DNA of 64,000 nucleotides from an uncultured Alphaproteobacteria bacterium (GCA_964369315.1 CAYJEJ010000002.1:2747-66746); one strand, 5' to 3'; shown: positions 53,549 through 63,778, numbered from the stretch's first letter. Notes: generated by a model from the letters alone, not told the origin. A program made the numbers and translations.

Positions 53549-55417
53549 ATGTGCGGTTTGGCAGGCTTTATAGCTCTAAAAAAAATAGAAAACCCCGAAC
53601 AGGTTTTGAAGACAATGCTAAAGAGCATAAATTGGCGTGGACCAGATGCGAGCGGTACATGGAATGACGGGGAAATATTTTTAGGGCACAACAGGTTATC
53701 AATACTGGATTTATCTGATTCGGGTAGTCAGCCGATGCATTCGTCCAGTGGGCGGTTTGTGATTGTATATAATGGCGAGGTGTATAACTTTCAGGAGCTG
53801 AAGGCAGCTATTGGCAGTGATGTTTCTTTGCGAGGTTCATCTGATACCGAGATTATCCTTGAGGTTATAGAAAAATTTGGCGTTTTTGAAACAGCTAAAA
53901 AACTGGCTGGAATTTTTGCGTTTGCTGTTTATGACAAGAAGCTAGAGAAATTATTTTTAGTGCGAGACCAAATTGGCGTTAAACCATTATATTATGCAAA
54001 CACGAGCAATGGCTTTTTGTTCGGGTCTCAAATTAAGACATTTTGCGATTTTCCAGAGTTTGAACGAAAAATAAGCCAAACATCAATGCAACTTTTCTTC
54101 AAATATAACACAGTGCCATCCCCATTTGCTATATATGAGGGGTGTTTCAAGGTGCCACCTGCGACTGTTATGGAGTTTGATAAGCAAGGTAAGCTCATCA
54201 GCGAACAGGAATATTGGTCGATGCAACAGAGCGTTCTTTATGGCGCAGAAAACCCATTTGCAACTGAGCAAGAAGCAATTGAAACCGTCGAGAATTTTAT
54301 AAAAGAGAGCGTCCGTAGACAGCTTGTTGCAGATGTGCCTGTGGGGGCGTTTTTATCTGGCGGGATTGATAGCTCGATGGTTTCGTGTTTCGCATCTGCT
54401 ACCAAGTCAGACCTAAAGACTTTTAGTATTGGTTTTGCGGAGAAAAAATATGACGAATCAGTTTATGCCCGCACGATTGCCAAGTATTTGGGCACAGAAC
54501 ACATAGAAAAAACTTTGTCTGCATCAGATGCGTTGTCTATCATCCCTAAGATTCCAGATTTTTGTGATGAGCCTCTTAACGATGCTTCCCAAATTCCGAC
54601 TTATTTTGTCTCTCAGCTCGCGAGGGAACATGTGACAGTTGTGGTCTCAGGTGATGGGGGGGATGAACTTTTTGGAGGATATTCTCGTTATACGCAACTT
54701 CTGAAATTGAGAGGCATCCAACAAAAAATGCCTAATTTTTGCATGCCTTTGATAAAAGGGTTCAATATGCTCCCAGCTGGATTAAGAGGTCTGGTTGGAC
54801 AAAAATTAGCCCTCAAGTTATCTTTGGCAGAAGAATATTTAAAGCATGATGACATTCGTCAGCAATATGACGCGTTATTCAATTTTTGGCCAGAGATTTA
54901 TAAAAACGGCGATATGTCTTGCGTTTTGCCAGAAAAAGTCTTTCCAGACCAGTCGGTGCTTTCTTACATGAGCTATCACGATGCGAAGATTTATTTGCCA
55001 GATGTTATTCTCAATAAGGTCGATAGAAGCAGTATGTATACGAGCATAGAGTCAAGGGTGCCGCTTTTAGACCACGGTCTATATGAGTTGTCTTGTAAGG
55101 TGCCAGATTGCTGGAAACTAGAGGGCAATATAACAAAATCTATTTTGAAAAAAATACTCTACAAACACATACCAAGGCATTTGGTTGACCGCCCTAAGAT
55201 GGGTTTTGGTGTGCCAATCGACATGTGGATAAGACATGAGCTTAAAGATTGGGCGATGTCATTAATGGATGATATGAAAAATGATGGCGTCCTGCCATTT
55301 GATGTTATAGAGAGGAAAATGTCGCAACACCAAAAATTGCAAATTAACTGGCAATATGCGTTGTGGGCAGCTCTCGTGTGGCAACAGTGGAAAAACCATT
55401 ATAACGCCAGCTATTAA
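53549..55417 (+). CDS. asnB: asparagine synthase (glutamine-hydrolysing), long AsnB/WbpS-like form
   Basis: N-terminal nucleophile 'MCGLAGF'. Also 'HNRLSILD' and the PP-loop 'AFLSGGIDSS'. 622 aa. Confidence 0.9.
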   Translation: MCGLAGFIALKKIENPEQVLKTMLKSINWRGPDASGTWNDGEIFLGHNRLSILDLSDSGSQPMHSSSGRFVIVYNGEVYNFQELKAAIGSDVSLRGSSDTEIILEVIEKFGVFETAKKLAGIFAFAVYDKKLEKLFLVRDQIGVKPLYYANTSNGFLFGSQIKTFCDFPEFERKISQTSMQLFFKYNTVPSPFAIYEGCFKVPPATVMEFDKQGKLISEQEYWSMQQSVLYGAENPFATEQEAIETVENFIKESVRRQLVADVPVGAFLSGGIDSSMVSCFASATKSDLKTFSIGFAEKKYDESVYARTIAKYLGTEHIEKTLSASDALSIIPKIPDFCDEPLNDASQIPTYFVSQLAREHVTVVVSGDGGDELFGGYSRYTQLLKLRGIQQKMPNFCMPLIKGFNMLPAGLRGLVGQKLALKLSLAEEYLKHDDIRQQYDALFNFWPEIYKNGDMSCVLPEKVFPDQSVLSYMSYHDAKIYLPDVILNKVDRSSMYTSIESRVPLLDHGLYELSCKVPDCWKLEGNITKSILKKILYKHIPRHLVDRPKMGFGVPIDMWIRHELKDWAMSLMDDMKNDGVLPFDVIERKMSQHQKLQINWQYALWAALVWQQWKNHYNASY

Positions 55418-55571
55418 TTGCAAATATTTTCAAGCATTGAATTGTTGTTTCTTGAAGACCTTCCTGTCGGTCGTTAGATAAGAAAAACGAGAGGGGTAGG
55501 AAGGTTTTTATATAAACCTTACAAAACAGCTGGTGCAAATCGAACATGTTTTTTTATAGAGGAAAACAATA

Positions 55572-55646
55572 GGTCAAGAACTGGTGGGTGATAACGGACT
55601 TGAACCGCTGACCCTCTCGGTGTAAACGAGACGCTCTACCACTGAG
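55572..55646 (-). tRNA. tRNA-Val (anticodon UAC)
   Basis: The minus strand has a GGGTGAT/ATCACCC acceptor stem, D-arm GCTCAGTGGTAGAGC, anticodon loop TTTACAC, T-loop TTCAAGT and an encoded CCA. 75 nt. Confidence 0.92.
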
Positions 55647-55752
55647 CTAATCACCCATTAAAGAAACCAACACACCAACAACCGATTGAGCGATTATTAG
55701 TCAAGAACTAGCTGAAGGCTATGATATTTTGCACTATTTTTCAAGCTTTAAT

Positions 55753-57018
55753 TCAACTTTGTTTAGCTTCCATGTGCTGACATGTGCTGAGCAATGCGAT
55801 TGGGCAGATGATTATTAATAAAAATGCTACGTTTTTTATGTCGCCTGTGGCAGATGTTATGTATGTTGCTATCAAAGGCGTTGTGCCGCCAAAAACCGCC
55901 TGACAACAGCCGACCACTAAAGACACGGCGGTCATTCGTATTTGAGGGGGAAAGGTCTCAGAAAAAAACGCCGACCGAGCACCATAAAACATGGCTAATG
56001 AAATGCCAAATAAGACCTGAACAGTTGCATAAGCCCAACCGAGCTCGGCGGTTGATAAATGCATCATGGGGTAGCAAAGAATCATGATGAAAATAATACT
56101 CATATACATCAACGGCTTTCGTCCAACAAGGTCGCTTAAGTAACCAAAGAAGCTGACCGATAATATCATCGCAAAATTTGTTAATCCGCTATAAATAAAC
56201 GCCATATCAGAGCCTTTGATTTGCGTTTGAGCGAACACATAGTTGGGTAAAAAAACCAACACTATATAAAAAGAAATTCCTGTAAAAGCGGTCGAAAAAA
56301 ATGCCGCTAATAACTTGCCCCAATGGTGCTTAAAAGCCTCAATGACTGGAATAAGGTCGGGTTTTTTTGATGGTTTTTCTATTGGGGTTTCTTTGAGTTG
56401 GTTTTTTATGTATATCGCATATATGACCACCAGTCCGCCAACTAAAAACGGTATCCGCCAGCCCCAAGACTCAAGCGATTGGCGGCTAATCATAACAGAA
56501 AGCAACATCATTGTTGCTTGTCCGCCAACAAACGTGCCTAACAAACAGCCGAGCTCTGACAAACTGCCTGTCATTCCCTTGCGGTTTTTAGGGGCTTGTT
56601 CGACTAGGTACACCATGCTTCCTGTATATTCCCCGCCAATGGCAAGCCCTTGGCACGTTCGCATTAAAAGGAGCAGTATTGGGGCAAATATGCCAACTGC
56701 ATCATAATTGGGGATGAGCCCAATCGCCGCGGTTGAGAGCGCCATCAATAGGATGGATGTAAAGAGGATTTTCTTTCTGCCATATAAGTCGCCTATATGA
56801 CCAAACAACACCCCGCCAATTGGACGACTGATAAAACCAATTGCGAATATTGCATATGTATATATTTGGGCTATGAGAACGTCGTTTTGTGGGAAAAAAT
56901 TTTTGGCAATTATTGTTGAAAATGCACCATAGATTGCATAATCAAACCATTCTAGAATATTTCCCAATGCACTTAAAAATATGTTTTTCCAGCTGGACTT
57001 TGTTTTTTTTATGTTCAA
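55753..57018 (-). CDS. MFS metabolite:H+ symporter, ProP (proline/betaine)-like
   Basis: 'LEWFDYAIYG' and the MFS loop motif 'GGVLFGHIGDLYGRKK'. 12 TM segments. The TTG start overlaps the upstream paralogue's TGA (TTGA). Confidence 0.85.
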   Translation of the reverse strand: MNIKKTKSSWKNIFLSALGNILEWFDYAIYGAFSTIIAKNFFPQNDVLIAQIYTYAIFAIGFISRPIGGVLFGHIGDLYGRKKILFTSILLMALSTAAIGLIPNYDAVGIFAPILLLLMRTCQGLAIGGEYTGSMVYLVEQAPKNRKGMTGSLSELGCLLGTFVGGQATMMLLSVMISRQSLESWGWRIPFLVGGLVVIYAIYIKNQLKETPIEKPSKKPDLIPVIEAFKHHWGKLLAAFFSTAFTGISFYIVLVFLPNYVFAQTQIKGSDMAFIYSGLTNFAMILSVSFFGYLSDLVGRKPLMYMSIIFIMILCYPMMHLSTAELGWAYATVQVLFGISLAMFYGARSAFFSETFPPQIRMTAVSLVVGCCQAVFGGTTPLIATYITSATGDIKNVAFLLIIICPIALLSTCQHMEAKQS

Positions 57019-58274
57019 TTTAACAAGTCCTTACCGGTCCTGTCTTTGATAGCCGTCAGAGAGACAATTGCCAAAAAAGAAATGATGATAATAATCCAAG
57101 GCGTGGTACCTATCCCATGCTTTATTGACACCCACCAAGCCAAAGATGGTGTCCAACCAGCAAAAACGGAATGACTTAACCCAAAAGCTAAAGAAACAGC
57201 ACTATATCTTATTGCGGTTGGAAAAGATTCTGAAAAAAACGCAGCCCTCCCTCCAAAATATATGCCAATTGCAGTGCCAAAGAGCCCCTGCGTGATTGCG
57301 TGAAGTAATATTTTCTCTGATGATAGGCTATAAAAAAGGGGGAAGGCTAGCAAACCAGCCAATAATATGCCGCAAGACAGAATTTTTTTTCTGCCAAACG
57401 TGTCGGACAATCTACCCGATATTGGAATTGCCATTAACATACATAAATTGGCAAATGAGGTGATTTTAAATGCTGTGGTGCTGTCAGCTATGCCATTGAC
57501 AACCATAAAATTTGGTAAAAAAGTCAAAAGCAGGTAAAAACATACCCCACTGAAAGCGGATATAAACAAAACACTTAGGGTAGTTTTTTTATGATTTTTA
57601 AACACTTCAGATAGCGGAATTTTTTTGTTGCTAGCTTTAGTGCTTTTAGGCGGTGTTGTCTCAATTATTTTTGTCCTAAAATAAAAGCTAATCAACCCTA
57701 AAACAAAGCCAAGAACCATCGGTAGTCGCCAACCCCACTCAGAAAAAGAATCTGATGACATTGTTGAACTTAAAATCGCTGTAACAAAAACACCTATCAA
57801 AACACCGAGCGGACTGGAAAAGTCAGACCAGCTGCTGAAAAACCCCCTTTTATTGTTTGGAGCAAGCTCGGACAGGTAAACCATGCTACCTGTAAACTCT
57901 CCGCCAATGGCGATGCCCTGCATCACACGCATGGTGGTCAAAATTATTGGGGCGATTACGCCAATTTTTTCATAAGACGGGGTCAAGCCAATGATTGTGG
58001 TCGGAAGAGTCATTAATAAGATGGAGATAAGAAGCGCTTTTTTTCGCCCCATTTTATCACCAATATGCCCAAACAAAACTCCACCCAAAGGTCTTGCAAG
58101 AAACCCAACAGCAAAAACACCAAACATGCTCAATTGGGCACCAAACCCATCCTGCATTGGAAAAAAATTATGAGCCATGACAGCAGCCAAAGTTCCATAA
58201 AGTGCGTAATCAAACCACTCTAATGTATTGCCCAATATACAGGCAAAAACACCAATTTTTTTTGTACTATCCAT
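57015..58274 (-). CDS. MFS metabolite:H+ symporter, ProP-like (tandem paralogue)
   Basis: 'LEWFDYALYG' and 'GGVLFGHIGDKMGRKK'. Colinear with the downstream paralogue. Confidence 0.85.
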   Translation of the reverse strand: MDSTKKIGVFACILGNTLEWFDYALYGTLAAVMAHNFFPMQDGFGAQLSMFGVFAVGFLARPLGGVLFGHIGDKMGRKKALLISILLMTLPTTIIGLTPSYEKIGVIAPIILTTMRVMQGIAIGGEFTGSMVYLSELAPNNKRGFFSSWSDFSSPLGVLIGVFVTAILSSTMSSDSFSEWGWRLPMVLGFVLGLISFYFRTKIIETTPPKSTKASNKKIPLSEVFKNHKKTTLSVLFISAFSGVCFYLLLTFLPNFMVVNGIADSTTAFKITSFANLCMLMAIPISGRLSDTFGRKKILSCGILLAGLLAFPLFYSLSSEKILLHAITQGLFGTAIGIYFGGRAAFFSESFPTAIRYSAVSLAFGLSHSVFAGWTPSLAWWVSIKHGIGTTPWIIIIISFLAIVSLTAIKDRTGKDLLN

Positions 58275-58375
58275 TCAACAAATTTTTATAAATGCTTATA
58301 AATTAAAAAATGACAACGTCAAACAACCGAATCCTAACATTAAAACCAAAAAATTGCACTATTTGATTTCAAAAA

Positions 58376-58404
58376 AGAAAAAAGCCAGAATAATCTGGCT
58401 TTTT
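58376..58404. terminator. rho-independent terminator downstream of the OMP gene (symmetrical A/T flanks)
   Basis: agccaga-ataa-tctggct, flanked by an A-run on the left and T4 on the right. Confidence 0.7.
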
Positions 58405-58429
58405 AAACAAGATTCTAAATCTTTTCAGA

Positions 58430-59248
58430 TTAGAAACTGACTTGATACATAACACGCACTGTTGTGTTACCATATTCTGTGGAGTAATTTCTTAATATAC
58501 CAGTTACAGTTCTAGAACGGACATTGCTCTCACTGTTTTTCTTTGCTTTTAAAATATCAAAACGCAAAGAAGAATTGTTGGTCAACTTGCCCTGTAACCC
58601 TAGACCATAAACATAACTACCAGCTCTTTTTGACACGTTTAGTTGTCTACGGTACTCTTTATAAGCACCTGCGGTTTTTAGTGGTGCCAACCTATCCGTC
58701 ACAGCCTTTGATGTACTCTTATATTTTACAGCGTTGGACTGACGACCGAAGATAGCAGTAACCAAGTAACGGTCACCGAAGAAATGATATCCAAACCTGA
58801 AATAACCGCCATAAGACAACGCGGAAACAACGTGTTGGTTATGATTTGCTTGGTTTCTTTCTTTAGGTGTGTATTGACCGCCAACGTTTGCTTCTAAACC
58901 AACATAGAAGTAGTTCAAATTCAAACGAGGGAAAACTTTTGCGATTGAGAATGAATGACCCCAACCAGCCAAACCTTCAAGGCCGTAACCGAAGACGTTT
59001 TTCTTGAACTCACCGTCTTTACCCATTGCGTTCATGTTAGGACCACTGATGTGAACTTGGTTGTTTTTGTAGTTTGCACCAACACCAAAGTAAATACCAT
59101 CAAAAGCTTTTTTGCATTCATGGTCTTTATTTGACTCACACGCATTTTTCTCAGAATGTGATTCGGATTTACAAGAAGTGCCCTTGTCAGCAAAAGCGAT
59201 GGCAGGAATTAATGCAACACCAACCATGCATAATTTTTTTAAATTCAT
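58430..59248 (-). CDS. small beta-barrel outer-membrane protein (OMP_b-brl / Omp25-like)
   Basis: Signal peptide 'MNLKKLCMVGVALIPAIAFA'. Alternating beta-strand pattern. C-terminal 'VMYQVSF'. A Cys-containing charged segment follows the signal peptide. Confidence 0.75.
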   Translation of the reverse strand: MNLKKLCMVGVALIPAIAFADKGTSCKSESHSEKNACESNKDHECKKAFDGIYFGVGANYKNNQVHISGPNMNAMGKDGEFKKNVFGYGLEGLAGWGHSFSIAKVFPRLNLNYFYVGLEANVGGQYTPKERNQANHNQHVVSALSYGGYFRFGYHFFGDRYLVTAIFGRQSNAVKYKSTSKAVTDRLAPLKTAGAYKEYRRQLNVSKRAGSYVYGLGLQGKLTNNSSLRFDILKAKKNSESNVRSRTVTGILRNYSTEYGNTTVRVMYQVSF

Positions 59249-59462
59249 AAAATAAACTCCGTAAAAAAAAATAACAAAATCAAACTAACTAAATTAATAA
59301 CCTTTGTAAATGAAAAATATATTAATAATATTATTTTTCATCTTGAGTGTGACCAAAATAACACAGTTATTAATATAGCTAGCCGTTTTATTTGGTGTTG
59401 GCAAGAAGATTAAACGTATGAAAAAGCTGATAAAAAGCAATATTTTTCATGAAAATTAGTAA

Positions 59463-61115
59463 TTATTTATGAGCTGTTAAGTCTAGTATTGAGCCAATTC
59501 GGCTGAGAATCCTTGAGGCTGAGGGGGCTGCGTTCCACCCAGCGGCGGCAAAGCCAAAGGTTGTTGGAGTGGCTTTTGGTTCATCAAGCATGATAAAAAT
59601 AAGATATTTCGGTTTTTCCATTGGAATAGCACCGATAAAAAAGCATAAATTGGCTTTTTTGTTATAAGTTTTTCCATCAAGCTTTTCTGATGTGCCAGTT
59701 TTACCAATTACTTGATATCCTTGGACATCGGCTTTTTTGCTCGTGCCCTCTTGAACGACCAGACGAAGCAGTCGCGCAATAATTTTTGATGTTTTGGAGG
59801 AAACAATGCGGTTTTTGTCTTTTAAATTTTTGTTTTTATCTTTTATTAAAGTTGGCGGGATTAATACGCCCTGATTTAATATGCCAGCAACAGCCCTTAC
59901 CATGTGCATCGGGGTGACGGCAATTCCATAGCCGTATGAGGCGGTGATTACCGTTGGCTCTCTCCAAGTCTTTGGGTATAAAGGGGATTGAAGTTCAGGG
60001 AGCTCAATCTCTATTGACGAAAACAAACCAACATCTTTAAAAAATCTTTGCTGAACCTTGCCCCCAACAGACAGTGCGATGCGACCAGAACCAATGTTTG
60101 AAGAATATTTGAACACTTCTTCCACCGTTAATGGTTTTGTTTGTGGGTGATAGTCTTTTATCGTAAACTTACCTATCGTTAGTGGGGTTGTCACGTCGAT
60201 TGTGTCATGAATTTTAAATTTGCCGCTTTCAAGTGCCATGGCGGTGTTGAATATTTTTGCGGTTGAACCAGGCTCCATAACCGCACATGTGCATTTATTA
60301 AATTTGTTGATATTGGGCGATTTTGAATATTGATTGGGGTCGAAATCTGGTAAAGAGACCATCGCCAAGGTCTCGCCCGACTCGATATCATAAAAAATGC
60401 CTGTTGCTCCAACAGCCCTGAATTCTTTCATTGAATTAATCAATTCGTCTCTTACGGCGTGCTGAATTCTTATATCTATCGAGAGTTTTAATGGCTCGAG
60501 CGATTTAATTAATCTGGCGTTTTCATAAAGCTCTATCCCCGCGATGCCAACGTTATCTATGTCGGTTCCCCCCAATACGTGAGAGACGAGATTTCTGTCG
60601 GGGTATAGCCGCCTTTCGGTCTTTATGAAATAAATTCCTGTAATCCCCAAAGAAAGCAGGGATTCCTGTTGTTTTGGGGTGATATGCCTTTTTATCCAGA
60701 AAAATTTTTTCCTAGATTTTATCTGAAGCTCGATTTTTTGATAATTAAGGTCAGGGAAAACCTTTTTTAAACCCGAAAGCGTTTTGTCAACGTCAAGAAT
60801 GTCTTTCCCGTTTGCATAAACCGAGACAGTTGGCAAACTTGTCGCCAAAATCATGCCGTTGCAGTCTAGTATATCAGCCCTAATCAAATTCGCTTCTTGG
60901 TGCGTTAATATGTTTTTGTCGTGCTCACTTAATGGCGGTTTTGATGATATGTAAAATATCCTGCCTAGTATCAATAAAGATGATAAAACAATCAACACTA
61001 TAACAATCGTTACTCTCTGACGCAGTGAGGTCAAAGCAACAGAAACCACGTCATATTTGCTCCCAACAATCTCTTTGAACTTGAGTGGGCGGGGGGTGTC
61101 TGCTGCGGGTTTCAT
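59463..61115 (-). CDS. ftsI: peptidoglycan D,D-transpeptidase FtsI (PBP3)
   Basis: N-terminal TM anchor. Active-site motifs 'GSTAKIF' (SxxK), 'YSSNIG' (SxN) and 'GKTGTSE' (KTG). ATGA overlap with ftsL. Confidence 0.9.
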   Translation of the reverse strand: MKPAADTPRPLKFKEIVGSKYDVVSVALTSLRQRVTIVIVLIVLSSLLILGRIFYISSKPPLSEHDKNILTHQEANLIRADILDCNGMILATSLPTVSVYANGKDILDVDKTLSGLKKVFPDLNYQKIELQIKSRKKFFWIKRHITPKQQESLLSLGITGIYFIKTERRLYPDRNLVSHVLGGTDIDNVGIAGIELYENARLIKSLEPLKLSIDIRIQHAVRDELINSMKEFRAVGATGIFYDIESGETLAMVSLPDFDPNQYSKSPNINKFNKCTCAVMEPGSTAKIFNTAMALESGKFKIHDTIDVTTPLTIGKFTIKDYHPQTKPLTVEEVFKYSSNIGSGRIALSVGGKVQQRFFKDVGLFSSIEIELPELQSPLYPKTWREPTVITASYGYGIAVTPMHMVRAVAGILNQGVLIPPTLIKDKNKNLKDKNRIVSSKTSKIIARLLRLVVQEGTSKKADVQGYQVIGKTGTSEKLDGKTYNKKANLCFFIGAIPMEKPKYLIFIMLDEPKATPTTFGFAAAGWNAAPSASRILSRIGSILDLTAHK

Positions 61116-61501
61116 CTGATTTTGTGCTTTTGTGCTTTTTTTGAAGATTGGTCTATTTTGACCAAAATTCCTTGAAGCTCATCATGATTAATCGCAGTCT
61201 CATTTGATTTTGCGTTAATGATATTGGATTTAAAGTCGCCAATCGATATAAGCTGTCCGACAGTCTTTTGATTGATTTTTAGATGGCGAAAAGCCAAAAC
61301 TTGCAACCTTTCAGGGTTTGATAAATACTTCAATTCAGCACAAAGTATTTTGATGTTATTTCTCGTTTTAACGATTTCTTGCTCGAGCTTAAGAGCCTCA
61401 GCGTTCATGTCGGCAACTTTATACTTAAAACAAAACAAACCGCAAGCAATCATAACGATGCTTAAAGCAAAAAATAAGTTTAAACGGTTTGCCCCTAACA
61501 A
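61112..61501 (-). CDS. ftsL: cell division protein FtsL (alphaproteobacterial type)
   Basis: A single TM helix followed by the coiled coil 'EALKLEQEIVKTRNNIKILCAELKYL', between rsmH and ftsI. I place the start at the TTG at 61501, 7 nt after a GGGAG SD and just past the rsmH stop. The track ORF extends to 61573. Confidence 0.7.
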   Translation of the reverse strand: MLGANRLNLFFALSIVMIACGLFCFKYKVADMNAEALKLEQEIVKTRNNIKILCAELKYLSNPERLQVLAFRHLKINQKTVGQLISIGDFKSNIINAKSNETAINHDELQGILVKIDQSSKKAQKHKIR

Positions 61502-61502
61502 A

Positions 61503-62390
61503 TTAAAACTCCCTAAACAACGCCCGTAGCTTAGCTGAACGAGCACGATTGTTAAATGATAGCTCAATATCACTCGGTGTAATTGGTTTTTTTGTTAATA
61601 AACCAAATTTTTTTTCCCCATAATGTTGTAATGCAAAATGTTTAAAAATACGTTTAACAATTCGGTCTTCTAACGAATGAAATGACACTACAACAAGTAC
61701 TCCCCTCTTTGACAATAAGCTGACCGCATCTAGTAACGCTTTCTCAACATTTTTCAGCTCATTATTTACGAAAATCCTTAACGCCTGAAAAGTTTTTGTA
61801 GCTGGGTGCAAGCCCTTATTTATATTATTAACAGATTTGACAATATCGGCAAGTGAGTTTGTTGTTAATATTTGTTTTTTATTTCGCTCTTTTATTATGG
61901 CTCGTGCAATTTTTTTTGCCTTGGGGTCTTCGCCATAAAAATATATAATATCTGCGATATCGGATTCGTCAAAATTGTTCACGATGTCTGCTGCTGTAAG
62001 GTCAGTCTCGCCCATACGCATATCTAAAACGCCCTTACGCATAAAAGAAAAACCGCGTTCAGGCGTTTCTAGTTGCATGGATGAAACGCCAAGGTCAAAA
62101 ACTATGCCGTCAAATGATGATATGTTTAGTTCAGAGGCAATATTTTTTAAATCAACATTATTACGATTAATAAATTTAAAACGAGAATGATAATCCTTAA
62201 GAACGTCTTCAGAAAATTTTTCAACGCTTGGGTCAGTGTCTATTCCTATAACGCGGCTGTTTTTGATGGAATGTAAAATTTTTTTTGTATATCCGCCAGC
62301 ACCAAATGTTGCATCAGCATAAACCCCACCCTCAACCGATGGAAGGAAATTTATTACCTCATCAAGCATTACAGGAACATGTTCAAGCAT
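61503..62390 (-). CDS. rsmH: 16S rRNA (cytosine1402-N4)-methyltransferase
   Basis: 'HVPVMLDEV', 'DATFGAGGY' and 'FDLGVSSMQL'. 295 aa. Confidence 0.93.
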   Translation of the reverse strand: MLEHVPVMLDEVINFLPSVEGGVYADATFGAGGYTKKILHSIKNSRVIGIDTDPSVEKFSEDVLKDYHSRFKFINRNNVDLKNIASELNISSFDGIVFDLGVSSMQLETPERGFSFMRKGVLDMRMGETDLTAADIVNNFDESDIADIIYFYGEDPKAKKIARAIIKERNKKQILTTNSLADIVKSVNNINKGLHPATKTFQALRIFVNNELKNVEKALLDAVSLLSKRGVLVVVSFHSLEDRIVKRIFKHFALQHYGEKKFGLLTKKPITPSDIELSFNNRARSAKLRALFREF

Positions 62391-62393
62391 ATT

Positions 62394-63725
62394 TTAAAAC
62401 GCAAAATAGACAACAACTACAAAAATAGGAATTAAAACAAGACACGACCACTTCATATATCCAAAAAATGAAGGCATCTTATAGCCATATTCTTGTGCTA
62501 TAGACTTGACCATAAAGTTTGGTGCGTTTCCTATATAGGTCATGGCACCAAAAAACACCGCACCAAGAGAAATTGCCTTTAATACTAGGTGACCCGCGTT
62601 CATAAAGTATTCTGCATCTCCTCCTGCAAGGTGAAAAAACATCAAATATGTTGGTGCATTATCCAAAATAGAGGACAAAAAACCCGTTGTCCAAAAGCAT
62701 CTAGCAGCAGAAAAAACACCCTCGCTTGAAAGCCAATTAAACAAAACACCAAATGGACCAGCAGAACCAAGGTGCAACATATGTTCAACTGGTATCAGCG
62801 TGATGAACACGGTAATAAACAGTTCGGTTATCTCTTTAAGCGGAGCAAATGAAAAACTATTACGACGGCGGATGTTTTTTGGCGTTATCCCCAAGGATAA
62901 AATTGCTGTGCCAAGCAATATCAAGTCGCGAATGATATTATTGATGGGTATTGACGCCGAGAGAAGCTGAACACTGCCGACGTTCATTCTGCTGCTTAAA
63001 ATGACAGATGATACGGCAATCAATAGAAGGGGCAGGTTACGCTTTCCGGCGATATTTAATGTGGCAGTTGAGTTTGAGTTGTCAGACAAATCTTGGTTTT
63101 GAGAAATTTCTTTTTTTAAGAGCAGCTTATCAATAAAATATAACGCAAACAGCATAAATGCCACGATAGAGTAAACTGTTATCGACAGGTTTTTCGTTGT
63201 CCAGAAAAAGTCAATCCCTTCCAAAAAACCAACGAATAAAGGTGGGTCGCCTATTGGAGTGGTGCCCCCACCAATGTTGGCAACCAAAAATATGAAAAAT
63301 ATTACTAAATGAACATTATATTTTCTGTTGGCGTTTAGACGCAATAACGGTCTTATCATAAGCATGGCTGCACCAGTTGTGCCAATCCAACTAGAAATCA
63401 GTGCACCAAAACCAATGATGGCAATGTTTGTGCCTGCGGTTAGCTTACGCGAGATGGTGAGGTATATCCCGCCTGTTATAATGTATAAGGCAGAGATTAA
63501 AATAATAAATGGCAAAAACGTTTCAAACATAACGCCACAAATTATATCTGCAAAATTTGTTGCCCCGCACCTAAACCAAAGTGGTACACATATTGAGAGT
63601 GCCCAAAAAGCAAAAATTTTACCAGAATTTTTCTGCCAGAATTTTGGTGCTAAAATAGGAAAAAACGCAACAGATAAAAGCGTTCCTATAAAAGGTATTT
63701 CCCAGTATATTGAATAATTCATCAA
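62394..63725 (-). CDS. ion transporter of the ArsB/NhaD (CitMHS) permease superfamily, putative Na+/H+ antiporter
   Basis: 443 aa with about 11-12 TM segments. Contains 'GGGTTPIGDPPLF', typical of this superfamily. The substrate cannot be inferred from sequence. Confidence 0.6.
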   Translation of the reverse strand: MMNYSIYWEIPFIGTLLSVAFFPILAPKFWQKNSGKIFAFWALSICVPLWFRCGATNFADIICGVMFETFLPFIILISALYIITGGIYLTISRKLTAGTNIAIIGFGALISSWIGTTGAAMLMIRPLLRLNANRKYNVHLVIFFIFLVANIGGGTTPIGDPPLFVGFLEGIDFFWTTKNLSITVYSIVAFMLFALYFIDKLLLKKEISQNQDLSDNSNSTATLNIAGKRNLPLLLIAVSSVILSSRMNVGSVQLLSASIPINNIIRDLILLGTAILSLGITPKNIRRRNSFSFAPLKEITELFITVFITLIPVEHMLHLGSAGPFGVLFNWLSSEGVFSAARCFWTTGFLSSILDNAPTYLMFFHLAGGDAEYFMNAGHLVLKAISLGAVFFGAMTYIGNAPNFMVKSIAQEYGYKMPSFFGYMKWSCLVLIPIFVVVVYFAF

Positions 63726-63778
63726 ATTTCCTGTAATATCGCTCTATTATTCGCTAAATTTTTGAAAAAAACAATCGA

